Source: Porphyridium purpureum (lineage: Eukaryota). From it: a DNA stretch of 64,000 nt. The translations under genes were made by a program, and so were the position numbers. The stretch is taken from assembly GCA_008690995.1 (NCBI GenBank), contig VRMN01000006.1, forward strand, positions 372,001 through 436,000. Direction: 5' to 3'. Below the pieces are notes generated by a model that ran no database searches, was not told the origin of the DNA, and was given only the letters and a program-made list of their open reading frames with translations. Each line of letters opens with the position of its first letter. Within the stretch, counting starts at the first letter, position 1. Below, in pieces: positions 39,767 to 49,489 of the stretch.

Positions 39767-41134
39767 TCACTCCAACAAACTGAATTCCGCCTCGAACAGG
39801 TCAACCTTTTCCTCCACCACGGCCTGCCGGTCTTTCGCATCCGAGCGCAGGTCGCGCATCAGCTCTTTCGCAATCTTTTCGATTCGGATGCGGTCTAAAC
39901 CGTTCGTCTGGAACGGGTCTTCCAGCGCGAGTTCCACGTTCACCAGCCCAATCATGCTGAATCCAAGAAGGTAGCTGAACGCAAGCGCCCATCCAAGGCT
40001 GATCTGGAGGCCAAGGTACGCATAGTAGCTGCCGTACAGAAGCGGGTGCAGAAAGATAAACAAACGAGCGTACGACTGGATGCCTTGCGCCGTGCGGTAG
40101 CCCTTGATGTAGCGAACCGCGGAGAAATGCGTTTGCATGAGCATCAAGTACTGGTTGATGCGTGCGGCTTCGTTTCCTGGAAGGCCGTACGCCTTCGTAA
40201 TTTCCGTTGCCAAACTGAGCCGGTTAAAGCATAGCTCAATGTGCGCAATCTCAGCCCTCCACATGCGCATGACTCGATTCTTCTCCTTTCTGCCTGTGCT
40301 CGTATGCACGTGGCGCAAGTTGTTCACGCACGGCAGCATAAGAAAGTCGCGCACGTGGCCCACAAGATCAACAAGCACTGTACGGACCTGCTTTGTGTGT
40401 TCATCCCAGGGCCCGCCGCGCACCTTTTCCCGCCAGCCCCAATTGCTCGGATCTTTGCCAAAATTCCAATGCGCGTGGGCCATGTATGTCGAGGTCACAA
40501 GCGATTTAAACGCCGCCAACTCCTTGAGCCCAACTTCTCGCCGCCGGTACGCTTCACCAATGTTGTAGCTGATCGGGAAAATAATCGCAAATGAGATAAA
40601 GGTCCATGAGATTTCTCCCGAGGCGAGCCGTCCGCTGTCATAATAATAGTAGAACAGAGTAGCGCCCGTTGCGATAATCATGTACAAAAGCGTGTCCAAT
40701 GTGATGAAGTACCTGACAAAGACGACCCAAATGGCCAGGTAGTCCAAGAGCGAGTTTCTGATGGAGCAACAAAGGGTTGCGCAGAACGCAATCGGCCTGG
40801 ACTGCGGGTGCTCCCCCTCCCCTGCCCGCCGCTGGTACTCGGCCTGCAGCGCTGCGACATTGCTACCGATATTTTCCGCTTCCTCAAGTGCGCTGCGTCC
40901 GCGCCACTCATCCCCAAACCCATTCTCGCTCCCGGAATCGCTCTCATCATTCGCACTTTTCCGCACCGCGTCAGCCGGCGCCGACCCTTCGTCTTTCCCT
41001 TCTTGGGCGGGTTCCTGTGCATGGGGCGAAGGCATATCGAATGTCCCAAAGGACGCTCCGCTATGCTCGCTCAACTGCGCCGTGCTGCCTCTCACCCCGC
41101 TCATTCTACTCTCTCTCCCCCGCTCGCGCGCCAT
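39767..41134 (-). CDS. Bestrophin-like (UPF0187-type) membrane channel
   Basis: Four hydrophobic segments; FPISYNIGEAYRRRE and GLVNVELALEDPF...D motifs. Confidence 0.75.
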   Translation of the reverse strand: MARERGRESRMSGVRGSTAQLSEHSGASFGTFDMPSPHAQEPAQEGKDEGSAPADAVRKSANDESDSGSENGFGDEWRGRSALEEAENIGSNVAALQAEYQRRAGEGEHPQSRPIAFCATLCCSIRNSLLDYLAIWVVFVRYFITLDTLLYMIIATGATLFYYYYDSGRLASGEISWTFISFAIIFPISYNIGEAYRRREVGLKELAAFKSLVTSTYMAHAHWNFGKDPSNWGWREKVRGGPWDEHTKQVRTVLVDLVGHVRDFLMLPCVNNLRHVHTSTGRKEKNRVMRMWRAEIAHIELCFNRLSLATEITKAYGLPGNEAARINQYLMLMQTHFSAVRYIKGYRTAQGIQSYARLFIFLHPLLYGSYYAYLGLQISLGWALAFSYLLGFSMIGLVNVELALEDPFQTNGLDRIRIEKIAKELMRDLRSDAKDRQAVVEEKVDLFEAEFSLLE

Positions 41135-41181
41135 TCCGCCACGCGGATCAGCGGAATTTCACTCATTTCGGTTTCCCGGAT

Positions 41182-43344
41182 TCAGCACGATCTCAAAATG
41201 GATTCGGCCGGTTCTGAGAGTCCTCCCGTGCGTTGCTCTGGTTGCCCCTGCGTGGCCGCGGCCGCAGCGTCGTAGAACCACGTGCGCGCGGTACCATCGT
41301 GACCGCACGAAGCGAGCAGGCTCTGGTTCGCGTTCCACTGCGTGAAATACACGGGACCGCCGGCGTGCGACAGACGCTGCACAACGTAGCCGGTTTCGCG
41401 GTCCCACGCATACACTTTCGAGTCTTCCGACCCTCCAAAAATCAGCTGCTCATCGGGCCCAAAGGTGGTCCGAATAAAGTTCTTGCTCGTGTTTTGGTGT
41501 CCCTTGAATCGCCGCACGGGCTTTTGCATGCGCAAATCCCACAGTCGGTTCGAATTATCCTTCGAGCTGGACAGAAGCATGCTGCCTGACGCGTTGGATT
41601 CGATGGAGGTCACTTCGCCTAGGTGCGAACTGATTGTCTTGATGCACGTGCCCGACAAAATGTCCCAAAAGCGAATCGTGCAGTCCTTGGAGCCCGTGAT
41701 GATCAGATTGCCGTGCGGATTGAAAATCGCACGTGATACAGAGCTGAAATGCCCGTGGAAGCTCTTTACCGCAGTGCCAGTCTCAATATCGTACAGCCGT
41801 ACCGCGCGGTCATAGCCGGCACTCACAAGGTGCTTTTCGCGGGGATGAAAATTCACTGAATAGACGTCGCCAGAGTGCCCTTCAAAAGTTCGCAGCTGGC
41901 TCCACGAATAAGTCGAGCCCGAGCCCGCCTGCGCATCCTTCTCGTACGCTGTGCCTGTATCGACGTAATGGTTTGCGTCTGCGTCACCACTTCGACCCGC
42001 CACGCTTGATGATACGTACTCAGAGCCCTTCGACGGGAAAACACTGCCGTGGGTACTGTTCCTTGCAGCAACATCGCTTCCGACCCCAGACGTGGAGGAG
42101 GGTCGACCACTGCTGCCGAAACTTTCGTCATTACCATGGCCGGCTGGAAACCAGCGATCTCCTCGAAACCCAATGCTCCACAAGGCTATTTTACCATCGC
42201 CCGAACCAGACAGGAGCATTGAGCCATTACGAGTGGAAGCGATATCCCATACCCGTGCAGTATGGCCCGTAAGCACACCAAGCGGCGACTTGGTGGTCCC
42301 CACCGTGCGGATATCCCACAACATAATGGTGGCATCGGACGAGCCTGTGGCCAGCAGGTCGCCAGCATGCCCCACAAAGGTTACACTTTTTACATTGCTC
42401 TTGTGACCGGCAAAGACGGCGCGAGGCGCATTCGGGACGACAAAGCAATGAAAGTCCTGAAGTAACGTGGTGATACGCGGCATGATGCGCGGGTGATAGC
42501 GCGCATGTGCCACCTGGTACGCCACTGCCTGTTGCAAGAGTGTCACAAGGCGATGCGCGGGTAACTCCATTGGGTTGGTTGGATCGGACACTTCAAACTC
42601 AAGCATGGTCGCAAACTGGCTGACGAGCATTTCGCGTCCACGCGCCACGCCGCTCCATTCGCTGAACGAAGGTACATCGGCTACTGACTTGCACGTGAGC
42701 AGGTAGCACAACTCGGCAAACTCGCCAGAGCGCAGTGAGTATGCCTCTAGCGGCTTGAGGCGCTTGTTGAGCAAAGCAAATGCCTTTTGATGCTCTTGCG
42801 CGTCGATCAGTTCAAGAAATTGCTGCCTGCAAACTGCGTACTGAAAGCTTTTGAGATTGCGGAACGCCGCTTTGGAGCATATCTTCTCGACCTCGCCCCA
42901 ATCGCCGTCCAGAATCGCCTTTTTAATCCGCCGCAGCTGCAACCGCTGCGCGCCTAGCGCTTTGGACTTGACTTGCGCTTCGTCTTGCAGCGTCATGGCC
43001 GCCGCTGTGTACCCTTCGTCCTGCAGGTACTGCACTATCATGCGCAAAACCTCATTTGAGATCGCAGTGTCCTTTTGCAGCTGCTCTGCCCACGACGCAT
43101 GACTTGGGCTGCTCCCTCCGACCTCTAGTGACGACAAGTGCTGCGAACCACTGCCTAAGATCATCCTCGGAATCCGACCTGCCATCGATATACTCCCACC
43201 GACGTCCCCACCGGGTTCAGCGTTCGTCGACGCAGCTGCTACACGCATCAGCGCGTCCAATGGCTCGCCCGCATACTCGCTGAGCGATGCACGTGCAAAC
43301 ACGTTGCGCACTGCGCTGAGCTGCTCCTCCCCAAACTCGGCCAT
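41182..43344 (-). CDS. LisH/CTLH + WD40-repeat protein
   Basis: EVLRMIVQYLQDEGY.AAA.TLQDE (LisH), IKKAILDGDWGEVE (CTLH), QQFLELI, multiple GH...WD repeats. Confidence 0.92.
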   Translation of the reverse strand: MAEFGEEQLSAVRNVFARASLSEYAGEPLDALMRVAAASTNAEPGGDVGGSISMAGRIPRMILGSGSQHLSSLEVGGSSPSHASWAEQLQKDTAISNEVLRMIVQYLQDEGYTAAAMTLQDEAQVKSKALGAQRLQLRRIKKAILDGDWGEVEKICSKAAFRNLKSFQYAVCRQQFLELIDAQEHQKAFALLNKRLKPLEAYSLRSGEFAELCYLLTCKSVADVPSFSEWSGVARGREMLVSQFATMLEFEVSDPTNPMELPAHRLVTLLQQAVAYQVAHARYHPRIMPRITTLLQDFHCFVVPNAPRAVFAGHKSNVKSVTFVGHAGDLLATGSSDATIMLWDIRTVGTTKSPLGVLTGHTARVWDIASTRNGSMLLSGSGDGKIALWSIGFRGDRWFPAGHGNDESFGSSGRPSSTSGVGSDVAARNSTHGSVFPSKGSEYVSSSVAGRSGDADANHYVDTGTAYEKDAQAGSGSTYSWSQLRTFEGHSGDVYSVNFHPREKHLVSAGYDRAVRLYDIETGTAVKSFHGHFSSVSRAIFNPHGNLIITGSKDCTIRFWDILSGTCIKTISSHLGEVTSIESNASGSMLLSSSKDNSNRLWDLRMQKPVRRFKGHQNTSKNFIRTTFGPDEQLIFGGSEDSKVYAWDRETGYVVQRLSHAGGPVYFTQWNANQSLLASCGHDGTARTWFYDAAAAATQGQPEQRTGGLSEPAESILRSC

Positions 43345-43415
43345 CGATAGCTCTGGATGACCAATGCTCGGTCGCGTTTCCCTGTGTCCCCGTTCGTTTG
43401 TGGGCGTCCGTGGGA

Positions 43416-44660
43416 ATGGCAGGCCCGGAGCATGCAGCGGGAATGGAATTGTTCGACTTTCAACAACTTACGCAGGAGCGGACGCGCACCGCACTCGAGC
43501 GTGCCAGGCCGCGGCGAGTGTGTCACTTGGTATTTGCGTCGTGGGACGAGAACTGGGCGCTCGTTCTCACAAGCCGCAGTGAGCTGCTTGCTTTCGACTT
43601 CCGCGACACGCTGCTTGCAGGAGGTGACAGTAGCGAAGCGCTCGAGCTGGACCGCATTGCACGACATCGTATACAAGTAGATGTCCTTGAGCAACAGGAG
43701 CACCAATCGGGGAGCGCCCCAAGAAGCTTGGTGTTCGGCAGGCTGCTGTCTTTAGCACAGAGGACGAACGTGTTGGGCTCGGACCGCCTGTGCGTCATTA
43801 CGGACTACTCGATTACTCATCTGGATTGGGACACACACGGGTTCCATAACTTGGATACTTCAGCTACCACAGCGCATGCGCCATGGTCGCCAGAGCAAAT
43901 ATCTCAGGCAAGAGGCGAATCGTTTAGGATCGCGCTCGCTATTCAAGACCGTACAAAACAGAGATGCATTGGAGTGGCGACTTTGACACCAGATAACTGT
44001 CTCCGCGTGCCTGAGCGTAATGCGCCGGCCGAAGCTCGCCTAACGCTAGGCTCGGTTTTGTTGCAGGCGGAGAATTCGGAGTGGTGCGATTCTCCAATAG
44101 GAGGCGGTGAGGTTTTCACGTGTGTGGTTCACGGACCAGAGCGAGGGTATTTCGTAGGGACATCTCTTGGCCGTGTCCTGCACGCGGATTTGACGACAGA
44201 ATCACGAATTTTGCGGCCTCTCTTCCACATAAACGAAGCTGAACCGCAGCCTGTCACAGACCTTGCACTGGACACTTCAGAGTCGTTCCTATATGTGATT
44301 GTGGCGGGCACTTCGCTGTACGCTTATCAGTTTGCAGCCGCCACGCTTTTCCGGCGAGACTTTCTGGGTGCTCTCACAAGCTTGTACTTCCCTTCAGTGG
44401 AAGCACAAAGCTTGATCGTTCTCCGGACTGAGGGTGACCAGGTCTTATTGGCCGACATTGACCACGCAGGCTTTCCTCGCATGGACGTGGCAAGAAGGCT
44501 GGACTTTACGTACGTCAGGAGCGTAGCACTAAACTGCACCGGTCGCATGCTTGCATTGGCAGGTCCGCACCCACGATGCAAGGAAAAACGAGATGCGATA
44601 TCTCTTTATGGTTCACAAAGTCTGCGTTGGTGGTCCTGCTGCGCGCCGATATTGCTCTGA
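43416..44660 (+). CDS. Divergent beta-propeller protein, possibly THOC6-like
   Basis: Beta-strand-rich blades; VTDLALDTSESFL and VRSVAL...MLALAG...DAISLYGS resemble plant THO6 segments. The family call is tentative. Confidence 0.6.
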   Translation: MAGPEHAAGMELFDFQQLTQERTRTALERARPRRVCHLVFASWDENWALVLTSRSELLAFDFRDTLLAGGDSSEALELDRIARHRIQVDVLEQQEHQSGSAPRSLVFGRLLSLAQRTNVLGSDRLCVITDYSITHLDWDTHGFHNLDTSATTAHAPWSPEQISQARGESFRIALAIQDRTKQRCIGVATLTPDNCLRVPERNAPAEARLTLGSVLLQAENSEWCDSPIGGGEVFTCVVHGPERGYFVGTSLGRVLHADLTTESRILRPLFHINEAEPQPVTDLALDTSESFLYVIVAGTSLYAYQFAAATLFRRDFLGALTSLYFPSVEAQSLIVLRTEGDQVLLADIDHAGFPRMDVARRLDFTYVRSVALNCTGRMLALAGPHPRCKEKRDAISLYGSQSLRWWSCCAPILL

Positions 44661-44798
44661 TTTGTGACGGTGGGTGTCAGTAAAGAGATTGCTTCCCAAA
44701 GAAACACCATGGTAGCGTCCTCCCGGACTTTGTGGGCTCCATCAAATCCTCTCGTCTATTCTCCACCAACATCCGAAAAGGAGGGATTCATAAATCTG

Positions 44799-46610
44799 CT
44801 AAGTGTTAAAGTCTTTGTACTCATGTCTTCCTTCCAAATATTTTTTCGCGTTACTGCCAAACTGCATCGCTCGTTTCGGCTTGCACGACGTACGCAAGCT
44901 GAGGCCAAGTATGCTGGCTGCAGCGGTTCTCAATACCTTTTTGTCACCCACGCCGTCTTCAAGCTCAAGGTCGCAAATCTCAGTCAAGGGTGTCTGACAC
45001 AGAAATCGTATGACGTTTTCATCCAGAAATGGGTGACGAGCTTCTTTGCCGTGATCGCCGACTAAACGATCGTCCCGGCCCAAATTTCGCCACCATAGGC
45101 GCGACAGATCGCCGTCAAGCTCAGCAGCGAGCCCGCAGGCACCCGCTCTTTTGAAGACTGTGCGATGGCGACCTTTGTACCCACCCATCAACTCGTCAGC
45201 GCCCAAGCCAGATATGAGGACTCGAGCCCGTGATACACGAGGCATTCCGGACCTGGCCTCAACTCCGGCACCCTGAGCGGCAAAGAACAAAGCCGAGCCT
45301 ATGGAGCGGTCCATAGGAGTAGCCATCGGATGCGTCAAGGCAGCCACGCGCGGGATCACGTCCATAGCTTCTGCAGCACTCACATTTACAAGCAATAAAC
45401 GAAATTCAACGCGAAACTCTCGACCAGTAGATCGTTCCTCCAGTTCTTGATGACCGGCGAGCGCGGACTCGCGATCGGGGCCCATAAAGGTCGTTCCGTC
45501 ACCGAAGCACACATTAATGAGATCGACTGTGGCGTGTGTGTGCATTGCACGTGCGTACAAGTCATCGATAAGCGCAGCAAGAACCATAGAGTCCAGACCT
45601 CCACTGAATAAGACTGCAAGTCTTGCCTCACCATCTCGTCCTGACAGTGCTTCGTGCTCACCACACGATCCATCTTGTATTTGCTCCAGCACAGCCGTCT
45701 CCAGACGTCTAACCAACTCGCTCTCGACGTCCAGTGGGACGCGCGTCAGCGTTTTGCTCTGTCGTTTCATGCTCGGAACCGCAATCTCGCATCTTCGCAT
45801 CGTATGAGGAAGATAGCAACGATTTCCTAAGTGCGGAGCGCCACGTGGGGTCCTTGTGCTTGATTGTTCAAGCACCTGCTCATTTCGAGTTATAATCTGG
45901 ACCGCGCTCTCACTGTCTCGGCAGCCAAGGTCGACAAAGCACAGTCCAACCGGAGCAAGCTCGTGCCAGGCATGCAAGTTTGCTGCTCGATTTTCGTTGA
46001 GCTCATCAATGCCAGGAACGGATGCAATCAGCATGGCATCGTCGTCAGGATACAAAGACACCATTAGCGAACGCCGTCCAAGCGGATCGCGCGCAAAGTA
46101 GATCCTATGCGTGGAGCGCTGATAAAGAACAAAGCTCCACGGGCCTCTGACGTGCTCGGCGTCCATATATCGCAAGAGCTCGTGTCCAAAATTTTGTGAG
46201 TCGGAACCGAAGTCAATCCGATCAATTGCGTCGAGCAAAGACAGAGTATCATTCACATGACCGTTTGACTCCGGTTCTCCGGCTGTGAGTGCACCACATG
46301 CAGTATAAATTTGGCCATTAAATGCGAGAACGTTTCCCGTTTTCTCTGACAAGACGGGCTGCTCCACGCGTTTCCCGCGCAGCGAAAGCAGAGATGCTGC
46401 AATCGTGATGTCGTCTCCATGCCACTCGTTAAAGCTGTCCGGTCCGCGTCGACGTATTGTCTTGCAAACCTTCCCGAAGTGCTCCTTGACACCTTCTCCA
46501 TTCGGTGTCGCAAGTGATTCAGACACTGCACAGTTCCTTGGGCTTGTCCACGGCAGTGGTACTTCTCGCGAGAACCGCACGCCTCGCAGCATGGCCGCGA
46601 TACCGCACAT
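44799..46610 (-). CDS. ASNSD1: Asparagine synthetase domain-containing protein 1
   Basis: MCGI N-terminus, RRGPD, LSLRG, FNGQIY, RDPLGRRSL, LFSGGLDS, GLGADELMGGY, RNLGRDDR, KRAMQFGS. Confidence 0.95.
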   Translation of the reverse strand: MCGIAAMLRGVRFSREVPLPWTSPRNCAVSESLATPNGEGVKEHFGKVCKTIRRRGPDSFNEWHGDDITIAASLLSLRGKRVEQPVLSEKTGNVLAFNGQIYTACGALTAGEPESNGHVNDTLSLLDAIDRIDFGSDSQNFGHELLRYMDAEHVRGPWSFVLYQRSTHRIYFARDPLGRRSLMVSLYPDDDAMLIASVPGIDELNENRAANLHAWHELAPVGLCFVDLGCRDSESAVQIITRNEQVLEQSSTRTPRGAPHLGNRCYLPHTMRRCEIAVPSMKRQSKTLTRVPLDVESELVRRLETAVLEQIQDGSCGEHEALSGRDGEARLAVLFSGGLDSMVLAALIDDLYARAMHTHATVDLINVCFGDGTTFMGPDRESALAGHQELEERSTGREFRVEFRLLLVNVSAAEAMDVIPRVAALTHPMATPMDRSIGSALFFAAQGAGVEARSGMPRVSRARVLISGLGADELMGGYKGRHRTVFKRAGACGLAAELDGDLSRLWWRNLGRDDRLVGDHGKEARHPFLDENVIRFLCQTPLTEICDLELEDGVGDKKVLRTAAASILGLSLRTSCKPKRAMQFGSNAKKYLEGRHEYKDFNT

Positions 46611-46713
46611 CGCGGGCGTGCACTGCGGCAAAGCGCGACAATGTCTTACCGGCTCATAGTCGATTTCGAGTTCACGGCGCCGAAGTCTCACCCTTTACGG
46701 CGAACAAGGAACC

Positions 46714-47531
46714 ATGTCCAAGATGAGCTTTGTTGGCGTCACCGGGGCGGGTGTTTGCGGCACGATTGCGTCAGCCTCACATCGTATTTGCGCGTTCGGG
46801 TCGTGGCAGGTTTCCTGCTCGACCCGGGCCGAGACTGCGAGACACGCTCGAGGACGGCAGTGCAAGGCGCAGGCGAGCGAGACTGGATCAGAAGATCGCG
46901 CTGTTGCGGGCAATGAGTCGAAGCGCGATGAGCGCGACGCTGTGCCTCTGCCGCTGAAGCAGAAAAGGCTTCGCGCAGTGCTGGGCGCGCTGAGTGCGAT
47001 TGGATGGGTCGATACGGTCGTCCTGCTTCTCGAAAAGGCACCGGCAAGTGTGCGCCGCACGGCGTGCAAGACGAGCGGGTGTAAGGCGGTGGCCTCGTCG
47101 CCGTACGCTGCTCTGTTTGGTAAAATCCCGCTCGCGCTGTTGGGTTTTGCATGCTACTCTCTATTTACGTCCATGGCAGTTCAACCGCTGCTTCAGCGGG
47201 ACGGAGCAGCAGACGAGGCGGCAAGAAGCCGTCTCCCTATGATTTTCTTGTCGTCTGGCATGGCTGTCTTCTCTTGCTACCTCATGTACGTCCTGTGCTT
47301 TGTCATCCGCCAGATCTGTCCACTTTGCATGCTTTCCGCAACAGTTTCAACACTGCTGTTTGTTGTGAATGCAATCATGTGGACTCCCAGTCAATCGGCA
47401 CGCGACGCGCTGGAATCTCTCAGTGCGTGTGTCGTGGCAGTACTCCTATCTGGCGCGCTTGCGTTGACGTCGCACTTGTACATCAGCGCTGGTGAAAAAA
47501 CGGCCGACACACCGGGCCACCACCAGCCACA

Positions 47532-47562
<31 letters not shown>

Positions 47563-47646
47563 GGAACGAAACAAAAGGTGACAATTCCGAAAACCGCGCC
47601 AAGGGCGCTACCAAGTTTGCAACTACGACCGCGGGCTGGTCATTGA
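46714..47646 (+). CDS. Plastid-targeted VKOR-family thiol-disulfide oxidoreductase (LTO1-like, VKOR domain only)
   Basis: MSFV-type transit peptide (ATG 46714 or 46723); CKTSGCKAVASSPYA.LFG.IPL, YLMYVL....CPLC; polyQ tail. Confidence 0.88.
47530..47562 (+). repeat. CAG/CAA trinucleotide repeat encoding Q11
   Basis: Read directly, inside the VKOR CDS. Confidence 0.9.
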
Positions 47647-47734
47647 TCTCGCGACGCGATATGAAGGGCAACACGAGTGGAAAAGGTTTGTCAATGCGTG
47701 CCTCCATCTGTGGATGGAATCTCGTCTAATGCAC

Positions 47735-48907
47735 TCATAGCTGCGGTTCATATCCCTCTTCCCACCAGTGCTTGGGGGAGTCCGGCAATCGCGCAGTGAG
47801 AATGTCAACGCCTGATTCAGTGACCAGCAGAGTGTGCTCAAACTGAGCGCTCCATTTCCCATCGGCAGTTGCAGCGGTCCATCGGTCCGGCCACGTGACG
47901 TCTCGCCAAGTACCGAGCGTGAGCATGGGTTCGATGGTGAACGTATGGCCAGGCTTGCACATACCAACGGCCTTGTTCTTCTTATAGTGTGGCACATTCG
48001 GCGCACAATGAAAGAGCTCGTTAATGCCATGCCCGCAGTAGGTCCGCACGACGTTGTGCCCGTTGGCTTGAGCCATCTTTTCAATCACACCGCCAAATTC
48101 TCGGTACAGCACGCCCGGCTTGACGTGGTCGATCGCCGCGTGCAACGCATCGTACGCCGACTTGACCAGCAACTTGCTCTCCTCGCTCGCTTTGTCACCC
48201 ACAAGGTAAGTTTCGTTCAGATCGCCGTGCATACCATCGAAATAAAGCGTGATATCGAGATTCACAATATCGCCGTTCTCCAGTGGCCGACTGTCTGGAA
48301 TACCGTGGCAAATCACTTCATTCACGGACGTACAGAGCGACTTGGGGAAGTGATAGTAGTTCAGCGGAGATGGGTATGCGTTGCGTTCAATGCACGCATC
48401 GTGCACTACAGCATCTATTTGATCAGTAGTTACGCCCGGCCGGATCATGCGCGCACCGATATCTAGCACCTCCCTTGCTAACCGACACACAGTGCGCATG
48501 CGCCCGATCTCAGCCTGTGACAATTGAGTCAACTTTGCCGAGCGCCGCGCGTTCTCCTCTAACTTGGACGTTCCGTTGCGCGCGTAGTCCGGCCGCTTGA
48601 TGTGCGCCGGTACGCTTCTGGAGGCGGACACCTTACCTACGCGAAGATCACCTGTGTACTGAAAGTTCTCCCACTGGTATTTTCGCAGCAGCTCACTTCG
48701 GAGCTTGTCTGCGTCTTCCGCGCTCACTTTCGGCGCCGCAGGGCTGTTGTGCTCCTCCTTGTGCATCTTCCAGTAACCCCTGAAGCACTCCTGGTCGCAG
48801 AAATACGTCGCGGCCTCCTCCGCGCTTTTCCCGAGCTTGATGCATGTCGGGCACCGCAGCTGTGCTTCCTTTCCGCATCCGGGAGTCGCGCACAGTCGCT
48901 TTGTCAT
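47735..48907 (-). CDS. METAP1: Methionine aminopeptidase 1 (type Ib with zinc finger)
   Basis: C...C...CPTC...FC.QECF...W..HK..H; YPSPLNY..FPKS.CTSVNEVICHGIPD; HGDLNET; FTIEPM; SAQFEHT. Confidence 0.98.
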   Translation of the reverse strand: MTKRLCATPGCGKEAQLRCPTCIKLGKSAEEAATYFCDQECFRGYWKMHKEEHNSPAAPKVSAEDADKLRSELLRKYQWENFQYTGDLRVGKVSASRSVPAHIKRPDYARNGTSKLEENARRSAKLTQLSQAEIGRMRTVCRLAREVLDIGARMIRPGVTTDQIDAVVHDACIERNAYPSPLNYYHFPKSLCTSVNEVICHGIPDSRPLENGDIVNLDITLYFDGMHGDLNETYLVGDKASEESKLLVKSAYDALHAAIDHVKPGVLYREFGGVIEKMAQANGHNVVRTYCGHGINELFHCAPNVPHYKKNKAVGMCKPGHTFTIEPMLTLGTWRDVTWPDRWTAATADGKWSAQFEHTLLVTESGVDILTARLPDSPKHWWEEGYEPQL

Positions 48908-49132
48908 GTCGTGAATCCCTTCTCTCCTTCTCTCTCTCTCTCTCCTCCCCGCTCACGCTCGTCGTCGCCCAAACTGCAGTTTCGTCACCACCTCGCGCAA
49001 CAGCCGAGGCCAGCCAGCGTGGAAACGCAGGATTCACGGGTGGTGGCGCGCTGCTGCTATTCGGAAGGGAGACTTGGAGGGGATCAGACCGACGCTTGCT
49101 CAGCCGCACCTGGTGTCGAACTTGTCGCGGCC

Positions 49133-49327
49133 ATGAAGGGACGCCTGCACAAGAGACCGCCCGGCACGACAAAGCTGATGCGGGGCTTGGCCATCATGCC
49201 GGTGATTCCAACAGGCATTTTAGTGACTGGCGCCTTTCTGCTGTCGTACGCTGCCGTCGAATCCGAGTGGGGAAAGAAGCGCTGGCCGAACCAGCCCAGG
49301 GAGCTCGGTGATATTGTGCGCCCATGA
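49133..49327 (+). CDS. Candidate 64-aa single-pass membrane microprotein
   Basis: ATG in GCCATG context; basic N-terminus and one TM segment (IMPVIPTGILVTGAFLLSYAAV); fills the gap between METAP1 and the coiled-coil gene. Confidence 0.5.
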   Translation: MKGRLHKRPPGTTKLMRGLAIMPVIPTGILVTGAFLLSYAAVESEWGKKRWPNQPRELGDIVRP

Positions 49328-49489
49328 AGGAATACCGCAACGTGGTGCGGATGGCTACTTTTGAAAGTATGGAAGCCAGCCGAAAACAGGGGAAAGCGAG
49401 CAGCCGTGCCCAATAGCTATCTACGACACACGTCATTCTCAGGATTCAAAATGAGCTTTCTTTTTGAAATACGTGCCCAGCCTGACGCC

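Noticed and set aside
38621..39898. 425-aa plus-strand ORF
   Set aside because: Antisense shadow of the branching enzyme, caused by codon bias.
39767..41134. Bestrophin as a thylakoid CCM channel
   Set aside because: The N-terminus is acidic and lacks the transit-peptide pattern seen in other plastid proteins here.
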